From: Acidimicrobiales bacterium
GTDB taxonomy: Bacteria; Actinomycetota; Acidimicrobiia; Acidimicrobiales; SZUA-35
Direction of reading: 5' to 3'
Assembly (NCBI GenBank): GCA_033851875.1
Contig: JAWSVN010000017.1
Location: 277-62,410 of the forward strand
DNA: 62,134 nucleotides
Of this stretch, positions 49,347-57,139 are shown one piece after another; position 1 is the first letter of the stretch; every line of letters starts with the position of its first letter. Made by a program: the position numbers and the translations under genes. Under the pieces are notes generated by a model that was not told where the DNA came from, searched no databases, and was given only the letters and a program-made list of their open reading frames with translations.

Positions 49347-49844
49347 TCAGGCGGTGGTGCCGAAGGTGCCGTAGCGGCCCTTGTGGAAGATCATCGGCTC
49401 GTGGTCGTTCACGGTGTCGAGGTGGAGCACCCGGCCGACGACCAGGTGATGGTCGCCCAGCTCGACCATCTGGTCGAGGGTGCAGTCGATCACGGCGTGG
49501 ACATCGGGCAGCACCGGGGCGCCCGAGCCGTGGGCCGGGGTCCAGGCCACGCCGGAGAACTTGTCGTCGGCCTTCGAGGCCATCGTGCCGCACAGGTCCA
49601 ACTGATCGTCGCAGAGGACGTTGACGCAGAAGTGCCCGGCGCTCTTGATTCCCTGGAGCGAGCCACTGGTGTTGCCGAGGAAGAAGCCGACGAGGGGCGG
49701 ATCGAGGGAGATCGAAGCGAACGAGCCGATGGCGACCCCGACCGGACCCTCCGAGCCGTTGGCGGTGACCACGGTGACCCCGGTCGGGAAGTGGCCGAGC
49801 ACTCGGCGGAATTCGGCGGGATCGATGGCTGGCAGCTCGCTCAT
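49347..49844 (-). CDS. flavin reductase family protein
   Basis: ATG at 49844 (alternative 49856), 165 aa. FRRVLGHFPTGVTVVT..GSFASISLDPPLV is a split-barrel flavin reductase signature. Confidence 0.85.
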   Translation of the reverse strand: MSELPAIDPAEFRRVLGHFPTGVTVVTANGSEGPVGVAIGSFASISLDPPLVGFFLGNTSGSLQGIKSAGHFCVNVLCDDQLDLCGTMASKADDKFSGVAWTPAHGSGAPVLPDVHAVIDCTLDQMVELGDHHLVVGRVLHLDTVNDHEPMIFHKGRYGTFGTTA

Positions 49845-49896
49845 GGCGTCGACCATAGTGGCGAGCGACACCGACACCGGGCGACAGGGGGACGAC

Positions 49897-51126
49897 ATGG
49901 GAAGCGCCGAGACCGTGGGGATGCGGAGCGAGCGGCTCGACCGAATCGAGCCGGTGATGCAGGACTTCGTCGACACCAAGGGGATCCGGGGGATCCACAC
50001 CCTGGTCTCGCGGCGGGGCGAGTTGGTACACGCCGCGTCGGTCGGTCATCGCGACGCCGAGGCGGGCGCGGCGATGGCCGCCGACACGATCTTCCGGATC
50101 TACTCGATGACCAAGCCGGTGGTCTCGACCGCGCTGATGGTCCTGTTCGAGGAGGGCAGGTTCCTGCTCGAGGATCCGGTGGCCAAGTACCTGCCGGCGT
50201 TCGGGGCGTGCGAGGTGCTCGGCGCCGACGGGTCGCTGACCCCTCAGGCCCGGCCGATGACGGTGCGCGACCTGCTGATGCACACCAGCGGCCTGACCTA
50301 CGACTTCCACGTCGACAACCCGGCGGCCCAGCACTATCGCGATGCCCGGATCATGAACGACGCCGGCCGCTCCCTGGCCGACTGCGTCGACGCCATCGCC
50401 GCCCAGCCCCTCGCCTTCCAACCGGGCGAACGCTGGCACTACAGCGTGGGCATCGACGTGGCCGGCCGGCTCGTCGAACTGCTGGCCGACCAGCCGCTCG
50501 GCGACTTCCTCGCCGAGCGCTTCTTCGAGCCCCTCGCCATGCCCGACACCGGCTTCGGTGTCGCCGAGGCCGACCGTGGCCGCCTCGCCGCCATGTACGG
50601 TCTGCCCGATCTGATCGGCGAGGGCTACCACGGGGGCAAGTTGCTCGAGGCGGCGCTGGCCGGGTTCAACGAGCGCATCGACGTCGACGCCACCTACCCG
50701 GTCGACACGCCCGAGACGTTCCAGCGGGGCGGGGTCGGCCTGTTCTCCACCGGCGCCGACTACCTGCGGTTCGCCCGCATGTTGGCCAACGGCGGTGAGC
50801 TGGACGGGGCCCGGGTGATCGGCCCCAAGACCCTCGAGCTCATGCACGCCAACGCCCTGCCCGACTCGATGCTGCCCTACGAGATCATCGGCCGCGAGGC
50901 CCCCGGGTTCGGATTCGGCCTCGGCTCGCGGGTGATGGTCGACGTCGCCCAGAACGCCGGCCCGGGATCGGTCGGCGAGTTCGGCTGGGCCGGCGCGGCC
51001 AAGACCTACTTCTGGGTCGACCCCGCCGAGCAGCTCGTCGGCGTGCTGATGACGCAATACATGACCGGGATCGAGCAGCCCGAGCGGGTGTTCCGCAACC
51101 TCGTCTACGCCGCGATCGCGTCGTGA
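49897..51126 (+). CDS. serine hydrolase of the beta-lactamase/esterase family
   Basis: ATG at 49897, 409 aa. The SxxK motif is YSMTKPV. Confidence 0.8.
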   Translation: MGSAETVGMRSERLDRIEPVMQDFVDTKGIRGIHTLVSRRGELVHAASVGHRDAEAGAAMAADTIFRIYSMTKPVVSTALMVLFEEGRFLLEDPVAKYLPAFGACEVLGADGSLTPQARPMTVRDLLMHTSGLTYDFHVDNPAAQHYRDARIMNDAGRSLADCVDAIAAQPLAFQPGERWHYSVGIDVAGRLVELLADQPLGDFLAERFFEPLAMPDTGFGVAEADRGRLAAMYGLPDLIGEGYHGGKLLEAALAGFNERIDVDATYPVDTPETFQRGGVGLFSTGADYLRFARMLANGGELDGARVIGPKTLELMHANALPDSMLPYEIIGREAPGFGFGLGSRVMVDVAQNAGPGSVGEFGWAGAAKTYFWVDPAEQLVGVLMTQYMTGIEQPERVFRNLVYAAIAS

Positions 51127-51179
51127 CCGCGCCGCCGCTCTAGGGTTGCGGAACGGCGTTTGGACCAGGAGGAACTGTC

Positions 51180-51680
51180 ATGCCGAACGGAGAGAAGGCG
51201 CGTGCGATGCGCGACGCCAACCTGGCCTACCAGGCCGAGTTCGACGAGGGTGGGCTCGGCAAGGAGCCCTCGACCCGGGTCGCGATCGTCACCTGCATGG
51301 ACGCCCGGATCAACCCCTATCGCATGCTCGGCCTCGAGAACGGTGAGGCCCACCTGATCCGCAACGCCGGCGGCGTGATCTCCAACGAGGTGATCCGCTC
51401 CCTGTGCCTCTCCCAGCGCAGCCTCGGCACGCGCGAGATCGTCCTGATCCACCACACCCAGTGCGGCGTGCAGGGCATCGACGAGACGGCGTTCCTCAAC
51501 GAACTCGAGCGCGAGACCGGCAATCGTCCGACCTGGCGGGTCTACGCCTTCGACGATCCATTCGAGGACGTCCGGCTGTCGATGGAGCTCCTCCGCAACA
51601 GCCCGTTCCTGCCCCACACCGACGCCATTTCGGGGTTCGTCTACGACGTGGAGAACGGCGCGCTGCTCGCGGCCGGCTGA
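51180..51680 (+). CDS. beta-class carbonic anhydrase
   Basis: 166 aa with the zinc-ligand motifs CMDAR and HHTQCG. Confidence 0.85.
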   Translation: MPNGEKARAMRDANLAYQAEFDEGGLGKEPSTRVAIVTCMDARINPYRMLGLENGEAHLIRNAGGVISNEVIRSLCLSQRSLGTREIVLIHHTQCGVQGIDETAFLNELERETGNRPTWRVYAFDDPFEDVRLSMELLRNSPFLPHTDAISGFVYDVENGALLAAG

Positions 51681-51688
51681 GGTCGCCC

Positions 51689-52534
51689 TCAGCGACCGAG
51701 TCGGAGGGTCAAGCCCTCGAAGGCGGCGCTGACCTGGAAGCTGCCGGCGGCGCGGACCTCGGCGCGCTCGGTGGCGTCCTTGATCCAGTCGTCGTCGTGC
51801 ATCGGGTCGTGGTGGAACAGCACCAGGTGGCGGACCCCGCACTGCCGCGCGACCTCGACCGCGTACTCGGCGGTCGAGTGCCCCCAGTCGAGCTTCGAGG
51901 CGAACTCCTCGGCGTCGTACTGGGCGTCGTGGATCAACACGTCGACGCCGTCGCACAGCTCGCGGACGCCGTCGCTGATCGACATCGAGCCGTCCATCGG
52001 CTGCTGGTGGTCGGGCAGGTAGGCCATCGAGGCACCGGCGGCGTCGATCCGATAGCCGTTGGTCGGTCCGACGTGCGGAATCGCCCGCGCCAGCACCGAC
52101 GCCGATCCGACGTCGAAGCGGTCGTGGCTGGTCTCGACGAAGTCGATCTGGCCCGGCAGCACCTGGAGCTCGATCGGGAACAGCGGCGGTCGCACGAACG
52201 AGCAGACCTCGGCCTCGAGGGTCTGCCCGTTCTCCTGCTCGGGGCCGACGAACTGCAGGTGGGCGCCGTCGCGCAGCAGCGGCACGAAGAACGGCAGTCC
52301 CTGCACGTGGTCCCAGTGGAGGTGGGTCACGAGCGCCGTGCCCCGGAAGGCACCGGGCGGGCCGTCGAGGAGGCGGTTGCCGTAGTAGCGGGCGCCGGTG
52401 CCGAGGTCGCAGATGATCGGGGGCTCGTCGCCGATCCTCACCATCACGCACGAGGTGTTGCCGCCATGGCCCATCGTGTTCGAGCACGAGCACGGCGTCG
52501 ACCCGCGCACCCCGAAGAACTCGATCTCCATCAT
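51689..52534 (-). CDS. MBL-fold metallo-hydrolase
   Basis: ATG-ATG at 52534/52531, 281 aa. Contains THLHWDHVQGLPFF (HxHxDH) and HDAQY. Confidence 0.75.
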   Translation of the reverse strand: MMEIEFFGVRGSTPCSCSNTMGHGGNTSCVMVRIGDEPPIICDLGTGARYYGNRLLDGPPGAFRGTALVTHLHWDHVQGLPFFVPLLRDGAHLQFVGPEQENGQTLEAEVCSFVRPPLFPIELQVLPGQIDFVETSHDRFDVGSASVLARAIPHVGPTNGYRIDAAGASMAYLPDHQQPMDGSMSISDGVRELCDGVDVLIHDAQYDAEEFASKLDWGHSTAEYAVEVARQCGVRHLVLFHHDPMHDDDWIKDATERAEVRAAGSFQVSAAFEGLTLRLGR

Positions 52535-52652
52535 GAGGCAAGCAACTCCATTGGCGGCGGTCCCCTTCCGACAACGACCCGGAACAGGCCGATGGAAAAC
52601 GGTAGTCCACGCCATTTCCCCGCCGAAAGGGGATGTGAATAGTGTCTCACCC

Positions 52653-54164
52653 ATGGGGACCACGACGACCGACGCACCGACCCTGCCCGACGGCCTGGTG
52701 GCGGTGGTCAAACGCGACTGCGCCACCTGCGAACTCGTCGGACCGGTTCTCGGCGACCTGCAGCGTCGAGCGGGGGTCGTGGTCTACAGCCAGGACGACC
52801 CGGCCTTCCCCGAGGCGGCCGCCGACGTCGTCGACGACACCGACCTCGCGGTGTCGTGGCACCACGACATCGAGACCGTGCCGACCCTGATCCGCGTCGA
52901 GGGTGGTGCCGAGGTCGACCGCACCGTCGGCTGGCACCGCGACGCCTGGCAGGCCCTCACCGGGGTCGACGGGCTCGGCCCCGACCTGCCCGATCAGCGG
53001 CCTGGCTGCGGATCCCTCTCGGTCGACCCGACCCTGGCCGACGATTTGGCGGTGCGCTTCGGCGGTTCGACGTTGCGGAGCCGACGGGTGGAGCTGGCCC
53101 AGCTCGAGGACGAGATGGAGGCCGCCTTCGACCGGGGCTGGACCGATGGCCTGCCGGTCGTCCCGCCGACCGAGGCCCGGGTGTTGCGCATGCTCGAGGG
53201 CACCGACCGGGCTCCCGACGAGACCGTCGCTGTCATCCCACCCGACCTGGTCGAGGCGACCGTCGAGCAGATCGCCATCAACGCCGTGATGGCCGGGTGC
53301 CGCCCCGAGTACTTCGACGTGGTGCTCGCCGCGATCGAGGGGGCGTGCAGCGTCGAGTTCAACATGCACGGGCTGCTCGCCACCACGTTCTTCTCGGGCC
53401 CGATCCTCGTCGTCAACGGCCCGGTCGCTCGCCGCATCGGCATGAACGCCGACGGCAACGTGTTCGGCCAGGGCAACCGGGCCAACATGACGATCGGCCG
53501 GGCCCTGCAGCTCGTGGTCCGCAACCTCGGTGGCGGCCGTCCGGGCGAGATCGACATGGCGTGCCAGGGCTCCCCCGGCAAGCTCAGCTTCTGCTTCACC
53601 GAGACGCCCGACGGCCCCCTCGGCACCCTGGCCACCGAGGCCGGGTTCGACGCGGGGACCGACACGGTGACCCTGTTCGCCGGACAGGGGCCCACACCGG
53701 TCGTCGACCAGTTGTCGCGCACCCCCGAGTCGCTGGTGCGCTCGTTCGCCGCCGTGTTGCGCAACGTGCATCACCCGAAGCTGGTGATCGGCATGGACGC
53801 CATGTTGGTCGTCTCGCCCGAGCACGCCGCCATCTTCGCCGAGGCCGGCTGGGACCGGGCTCGCCTGCGGGCCGAGCTCGAGCCGCTGCTGATGATCGAC
53901 GGCGACGCCCTCGCCCGCGACCCCGACGGTGCCGGCGACGGCATCGCCGAAGGCGTGCCGGCCGCCCTCGCCGAGGGCAACACCCTGCCCAAGTTCCGAC
54001 CCGGCGGGCTGTTGATCGCGTCGGCCGGCGGACCGGCCGGACTGTTCTCCTCGGTGCTCACCGGCTGGGTCGGTGGCGCCAAGGGGTCCGAACCTGTCAC
54101 GATCGAGATCGCACGCCCCGCGTCGATGCACGACGCGGGCGCACACGAGGGGACCACACGATGA
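52653..54164 (+). CDS. thioredoxin-fold (CxxC) domain fused to a ~400-aa domain of unknown function
   Basis: ATG at 52653, 503 aa. The N-terminal ~100 aa are Trx-like (VVKRDCATCELV..VPTLI). The C-terminal domain contains GWTDGLPVVPPT and AINAVMAGCRPEY, and I cannot assign it to a family. Confidence 0.65.
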   Translation: MGTTTTDAPTLPDGLVAVVKRDCATCELVGPVLGDLQRRAGVVVYSQDDPAFPEAAADVVDDTDLAVSWHHDIETVPTLIRVEGGAEVDRTVGWHRDAWQALTGVDGLGPDLPDQRPGCGSLSVDPTLADDLAVRFGGSTLRSRRVELAQLEDEMEAAFDRGWTDGLPVVPPTEARVLRMLEGTDRAPDETVAVIPPDLVEATVEQIAINAVMAGCRPEYFDVVLAAIEGACSVEFNMHGLLATTFFSGPILVVNGPVARRIGMNADGNVFGQGNRANMTIGRALQLVVRNLGGGRPGEIDMACQGSPGKLSFCFTETPDGPLGTLATEAGFDAGTDTVTLFAGQGPTPVVDQLSRTPESLVRSFAAVLRNVHHPKLVIGMDAMLVVSPEHAAIFAEAGWDRARLRAELEPLLMIDGDALARDPDGAGDGIAEGVPAALAEGNTLPKFRPGGLLIASAGGPAGLFSSVLTGWVGGAKGSEPVTIEIARPASMHDAGAHEGTTR

Positions 54165-54688
54165 CCACCATCCCACCGAGGATCGTGCTCGATCCAACCG
54201 GCGGCCGAGGCGCTGCCGATGTGAGCGAGGCCCCACGCCTCGCCTCGCTCGGCGGCACGACGATCGGCCTGCTCGACATCACCAAGCCGCGCGGCGATCG
54301 CTTCCTCGACCAGCTCCAGGCGCGGCTCGAGGCCGAGGGGGCGACGGTGCAGCGCTACGCCAAGCCGACGTTCGCCAAGCCGGCGCCCGTCGACCTGCGC
54401 CACGAGATCGCCACCCAGTGCGACGCGGTGATCGAGGCGCTCGCCGATTGAGGCAGCTGCACGTCGTGCAGTGTGCACGACATCGCCGACCTCGAGCGTC
54501 GAGGTCTCCCCGGGGTCTTCGTGGCCAGCGCCGTCTTCGTCGACGCGGCCCGACTCCAGGGTGACGCGTTGGGATTCCAACCCCGACGCGTCTTCGTCGA
54601 GCATCCGATCCAGGATCGCACCGACGACGAGATGGCCGCGATCGCCGACGCTGCCGTCGAGGAGCTGATCGCTGCACTCACGAGCTGA
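54161..54688 (+). CDS. predicted selenoprotein of the UGSC family (in-frame TGA = Sec at codon 97)
   Basis: ATG at 54161 overlaps the upstream stop (ATGA). TGA at 54449-54451 is followed in the same frame by GSCTSCSVHD..., open to TGA 54686-54688. A SECIS-like hairpin follows the TGA. GC3 stays high on both sides. Confidence 0.7.
54463..54481 (+). promoter_or_regulatory. candidate bacterial SECIS hairpin
   Basis: GTCGTGCA-GTG-TGCACGAC is a perfect 8-bp stem starting 11 nt after the TGA. The apical loop begins with G. Confidence 0.55.
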
Positions 54689-54751
54689 ACGCGGTCCCCC
54701 CAACAAAACGCGATCGGCTCGACTGGCGAGGTCACCTATACACCCGTAAAG

Positions 54752-54786
54752 TATGCCGGAGCGGTCGAGGGGGCCGCTCTGGCATA
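54752..54786 (+). promoter_or_regulatory. 13-bp hairpin between the selenoprotein gene and the kinase operon
   Basis: TATGCCGGAGCGG-(9 nt)-CCGCTCTGGCATA has one G.U pair. It is preceded by TATACA and TAAAGT (TANNNT-like) at 54737-54752. Confidence 0.35.
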
Positions 54787-54812
54787 CGGCTGCGGCCGGG
54801 GAATGGGGACCG

Positions 54813-55889
54813 ATGGAACTCGACGTGCGCGGCACGCCCGAGGCGATCGACGAAGCCTGGATGACCAACGCGCTCGGCGCGGCGGGAGCCGGCACCGGCA
54901 CGGTGACCGACGTCCGGTTCCGGGGCGAGATCGGAACCGGCCAGACCGGCCGCAACGCCCGCTTCGACCTCACCTGGGACGACCCGACCGACCGCCCCGC
55001 GTCGGTGGTGGCCAAGTTCCCGTCGGCCGACCCCGAGGCCCGAGTCGCTGCGTTCACCAATGGCACCTACGCCCGTGAGTTCGCCTACTACGGCCTGATC
55101 GACCACACGGTCGACATCCGCACCCCTCGGATCTGGGCCGCCCGCTACGACGAGTCGGCGCCCGACTTCGTCCTGTTGATGGAGGACCTCTCCGACTCGC
55201 TGCAGGGCGACCAGATCGCCGGGTTGTCGGTCGACGACGCCGCCCTCGCCCTCGAGCAGGCGGTCGCCCTCCACGCCCCGCGCTGGGGCGACGAGTCGAT
55301 CCCCGAACTGCTCGGCACCGACGCCCCGCCCGAAGAGCAGATCGCCGCCGTCACGATGATCTACGCCGCCACGATGCCCGGCTTCCTCGAGCGGCTCGGC
55401 GACCGCCTCGACGACGACGTCGTCGCCCTGGTGCAGGCCCTCGCCGACAAGGTCGGCCAGTGGGCGCTCGGGACCGACACCGCCCGGACGATCGTCCACA
55501 TGGACTACCGGCCCGACAACCTCCTCTTCGGCGACACCCCCGACGCTCCACCCCTGGTGGTCGTCGACTGGCAGACGGCGAACTACGGGCTGGCCATGAA
55601 CGACGTCGCCTACCTGATCGGCGGCTCGTTCGAACCCGAGCGTCGAGCCTTCGCCGAGGCAGATCTGGTCGAGGAGTACCGGCGCCAGCTCGTGGCTCGC
55701 GGTGTCGCCTACGACGCCGAGGCGGCGTGGCGTGACTACCGCCATGGCAGCCTCTGGGGCGTGGCGATGACGGTGATCGCCACCATGCTGGCCGAGCGCA
55801 CCGAACGGGGCGACGACATGCTGACCGCGATGGCGCAGCGGCACGGCCGGCACGCCCTCGATCTCGACGCCCTCGACCTCGTGGAGTGA
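54813..55889 (+). CDS. APH/EcKL-type small-molecule phosphotransferase
   Basis: ATG at 54813 (alternative ATG 54753). The catalytic loop is HMDYRPDN, the metal-binding motif is VVDWQ, and the N-lobe has VVAKF. Confidence 0.75.
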   Translation: MELDVRGTPEAIDEAWMTNALGAAGAGTGTVTDVRFRGEIGTGQTGRNARFDLTWDDPTDRPASVVAKFPSADPEARVAAFTNGTYAREFAYYGLIDHTVDIRTPRIWAARYDESAPDFVLLMEDLSDSLQGDQIAGLSVDDAALALEQAVALHAPRWGDESIPELLGTDAPPEEQIAAVTMIYAATMPGFLERLGDRLDDDVVALVQALADKVGQWALGTDTARTIVHMDYRPDNLLFGDTPDAPPLVVVDWQTANYGLAMNDVAYLIGGSFEPERRAFAEADLVEEYRRQLVARGVAYDAEAAWRDYRHGSLWGVAMTVIATMLAERTERGDDMLTAMAQRHGRHALDLDALDLVE

Positions 55890-57139
55890 ACACCTCCCGG
55901 GTGCCCTCGATGCTCGACCGTCGGCGTCTCGCGGCGCTGGCGCTCGCCGTCGCGGTCCCACTCGGCCTGGCCGTCTTCGGCGGCCATCGCGGTGACCACA
56001 TGGTCCGGAGCCTGCTCGTGCCGGGCGCCGGACTCTACGGCGAGGCCCCACTCCTCGGCGCCACGCTGACGGCCCTCGCCGTCGCTGCTGTGGGCGCCTG
56101 GATGGTGTGGGGCTTCGACGTCGGCCTGGTCGCCGTCATGATCGCTGCCGTGGTGCTCTCGGGTGTGGTGCCCCCTGCACAACACGGCGGCGCGATCTCG
56201 CAAGAGATCGCCCAACCCGGCCCGACGTCGGCGGCCCACGAATTCCCCCTCGTGGTGCTCGTCGTCGCCTGGCTGGGGTGGGTACGCATGGTGGCGCGAC
56301 GCCTCCCGCCGTTGCGGTGGTGGGCCGAGCGTCGCCGACGGGCGACCGCCGACGACGACCTGGCCGCCCGCCTCGAAGCGCTGTCGACCGTCGACCGGTG
56401 CCGAGCCGCCACGATCCGGGCGCTCGGTCTCGGCACCGACCACGAGCCGGCGCCGGATGAGCTGGCGTGGCGTGACGCCATCACCAGTCCCGCCGTCACC
56501 CAGCGGGCGCGTCGGATCGGTTGGTGGTGCCGCGGGCGATGGGGCGGCGACCCGCTGCGGGTCGATCACGCCGCGGCCCGGACCGCCCTGGCGGCGTGGC
56601 ACGTGTCGACGGCAGCTGCTCGACGAGCGGCTTGCGACGACGCCGCTCGATCCGGCGTCGGCGCACCGCCCAGCGAGCCGACCTGGGTGCGCCTGATCGA
56701 CCTCGTGCTGTTCGCCCGGGTGACCGGCGACCCCGACCACCTGGCGCGCCGCTCCCTCGGCTCCCACTTCGCAGGCGGTCACGCGAGGATCGGCCGCCCC
56801 GGCGGCCGTCGCCCGGCTTGGTACTGGACGCCGCTCGGCGTCTCGGGTGGCCGGTCCGAACCGTGGGAGCACGCGACCGCGACCGCCCTCGCCCGAGACG
56901 CCGGCTGGATCGGCGACGACGACTGGGCTGCGCTGCGCCGTCCGGTCCTCGGCGCCGCGGCCCGAGGCACGGCCATCGCCGACGACGAGCGTCTCATCGC
57001 CGCGGGTCGGCTGTGGCTCCGCCACGTCGACGACGCCGAAGCCCGCCGCATCGTCGGACGACCCACCGTTGGCCACGACCCCCTCGCCTTCGCCCTCGAC
57101 CAGCTCGCCACCCGAATGAACAGAGAGCCAGCCGCATGA
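55886..57139 (+). CDS. membrane protein with PGAG transmembrane module and Arg/Trp-rich C-terminal domain, hypothetical
   Basis: GTG at 55886 forms a GTGA overlap; 417 aa. The N-terminal helices (LLVPGAGLYGEAPLLGATL..) are homologous to the N-termini of the next two proteins. Confidence 0.6.
   Translation: MNTSRVPSMLDRRRLAALALAVAVPLGLAVFGGHRGDHMVRSLLVPGAGLYGEAPLLGATLTALAVAAVGAWMVWGFDVGLVAVMIAAVVLSGVVPPAQHGGAISQEIAQPGPTSAAHEFPLVVLVVAWLGWVRMVARRLPPLRWWAERRRRATADDDLAARLEALSTVDRCRAATIRALGLGTDHEPAPDELAWRDAITSPAVTQRARRIGWWCRGRWGGDPLRVDHAAARTALAAWHVSTAAARRAACDDAARSGVGAPPSEPTWVRLIDLVLFARVTGDPDHLARRSLGSHFAGGHARIGRPGGRRPAWYWTPLGVSGGRSEPWEHATATALARDAGWIGDDDWAALRRPVLGAAARGTAIADDERLIAAGRLWLRHVDDAEARRIVGRPTVGHDPLAFALDQLATRMNREPAA

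Noticed and set aside
54449-54451. TGA as a genuine stop, with the gene truncated or a pseudogene
   Set aside because: The stop falls exactly at the U of a UGSC motif. The frame stays open for 78 more codons with coding-like GC3, and a SECIS-like hairpin starts 11 nt downstream. This remains unproven without the Sec machinery, so the confidence is below 0.8.
54753-54812. Longer start (ATG 54753) for the kinase gene
   Set aside because: The extra 20 residues (MPERSRGPLWHTAAAGEWGP) lie inside the 13-bp hairpin and add nothing to the kinase fold. ATG 54813 is preferred, but 54753 is not excluded.
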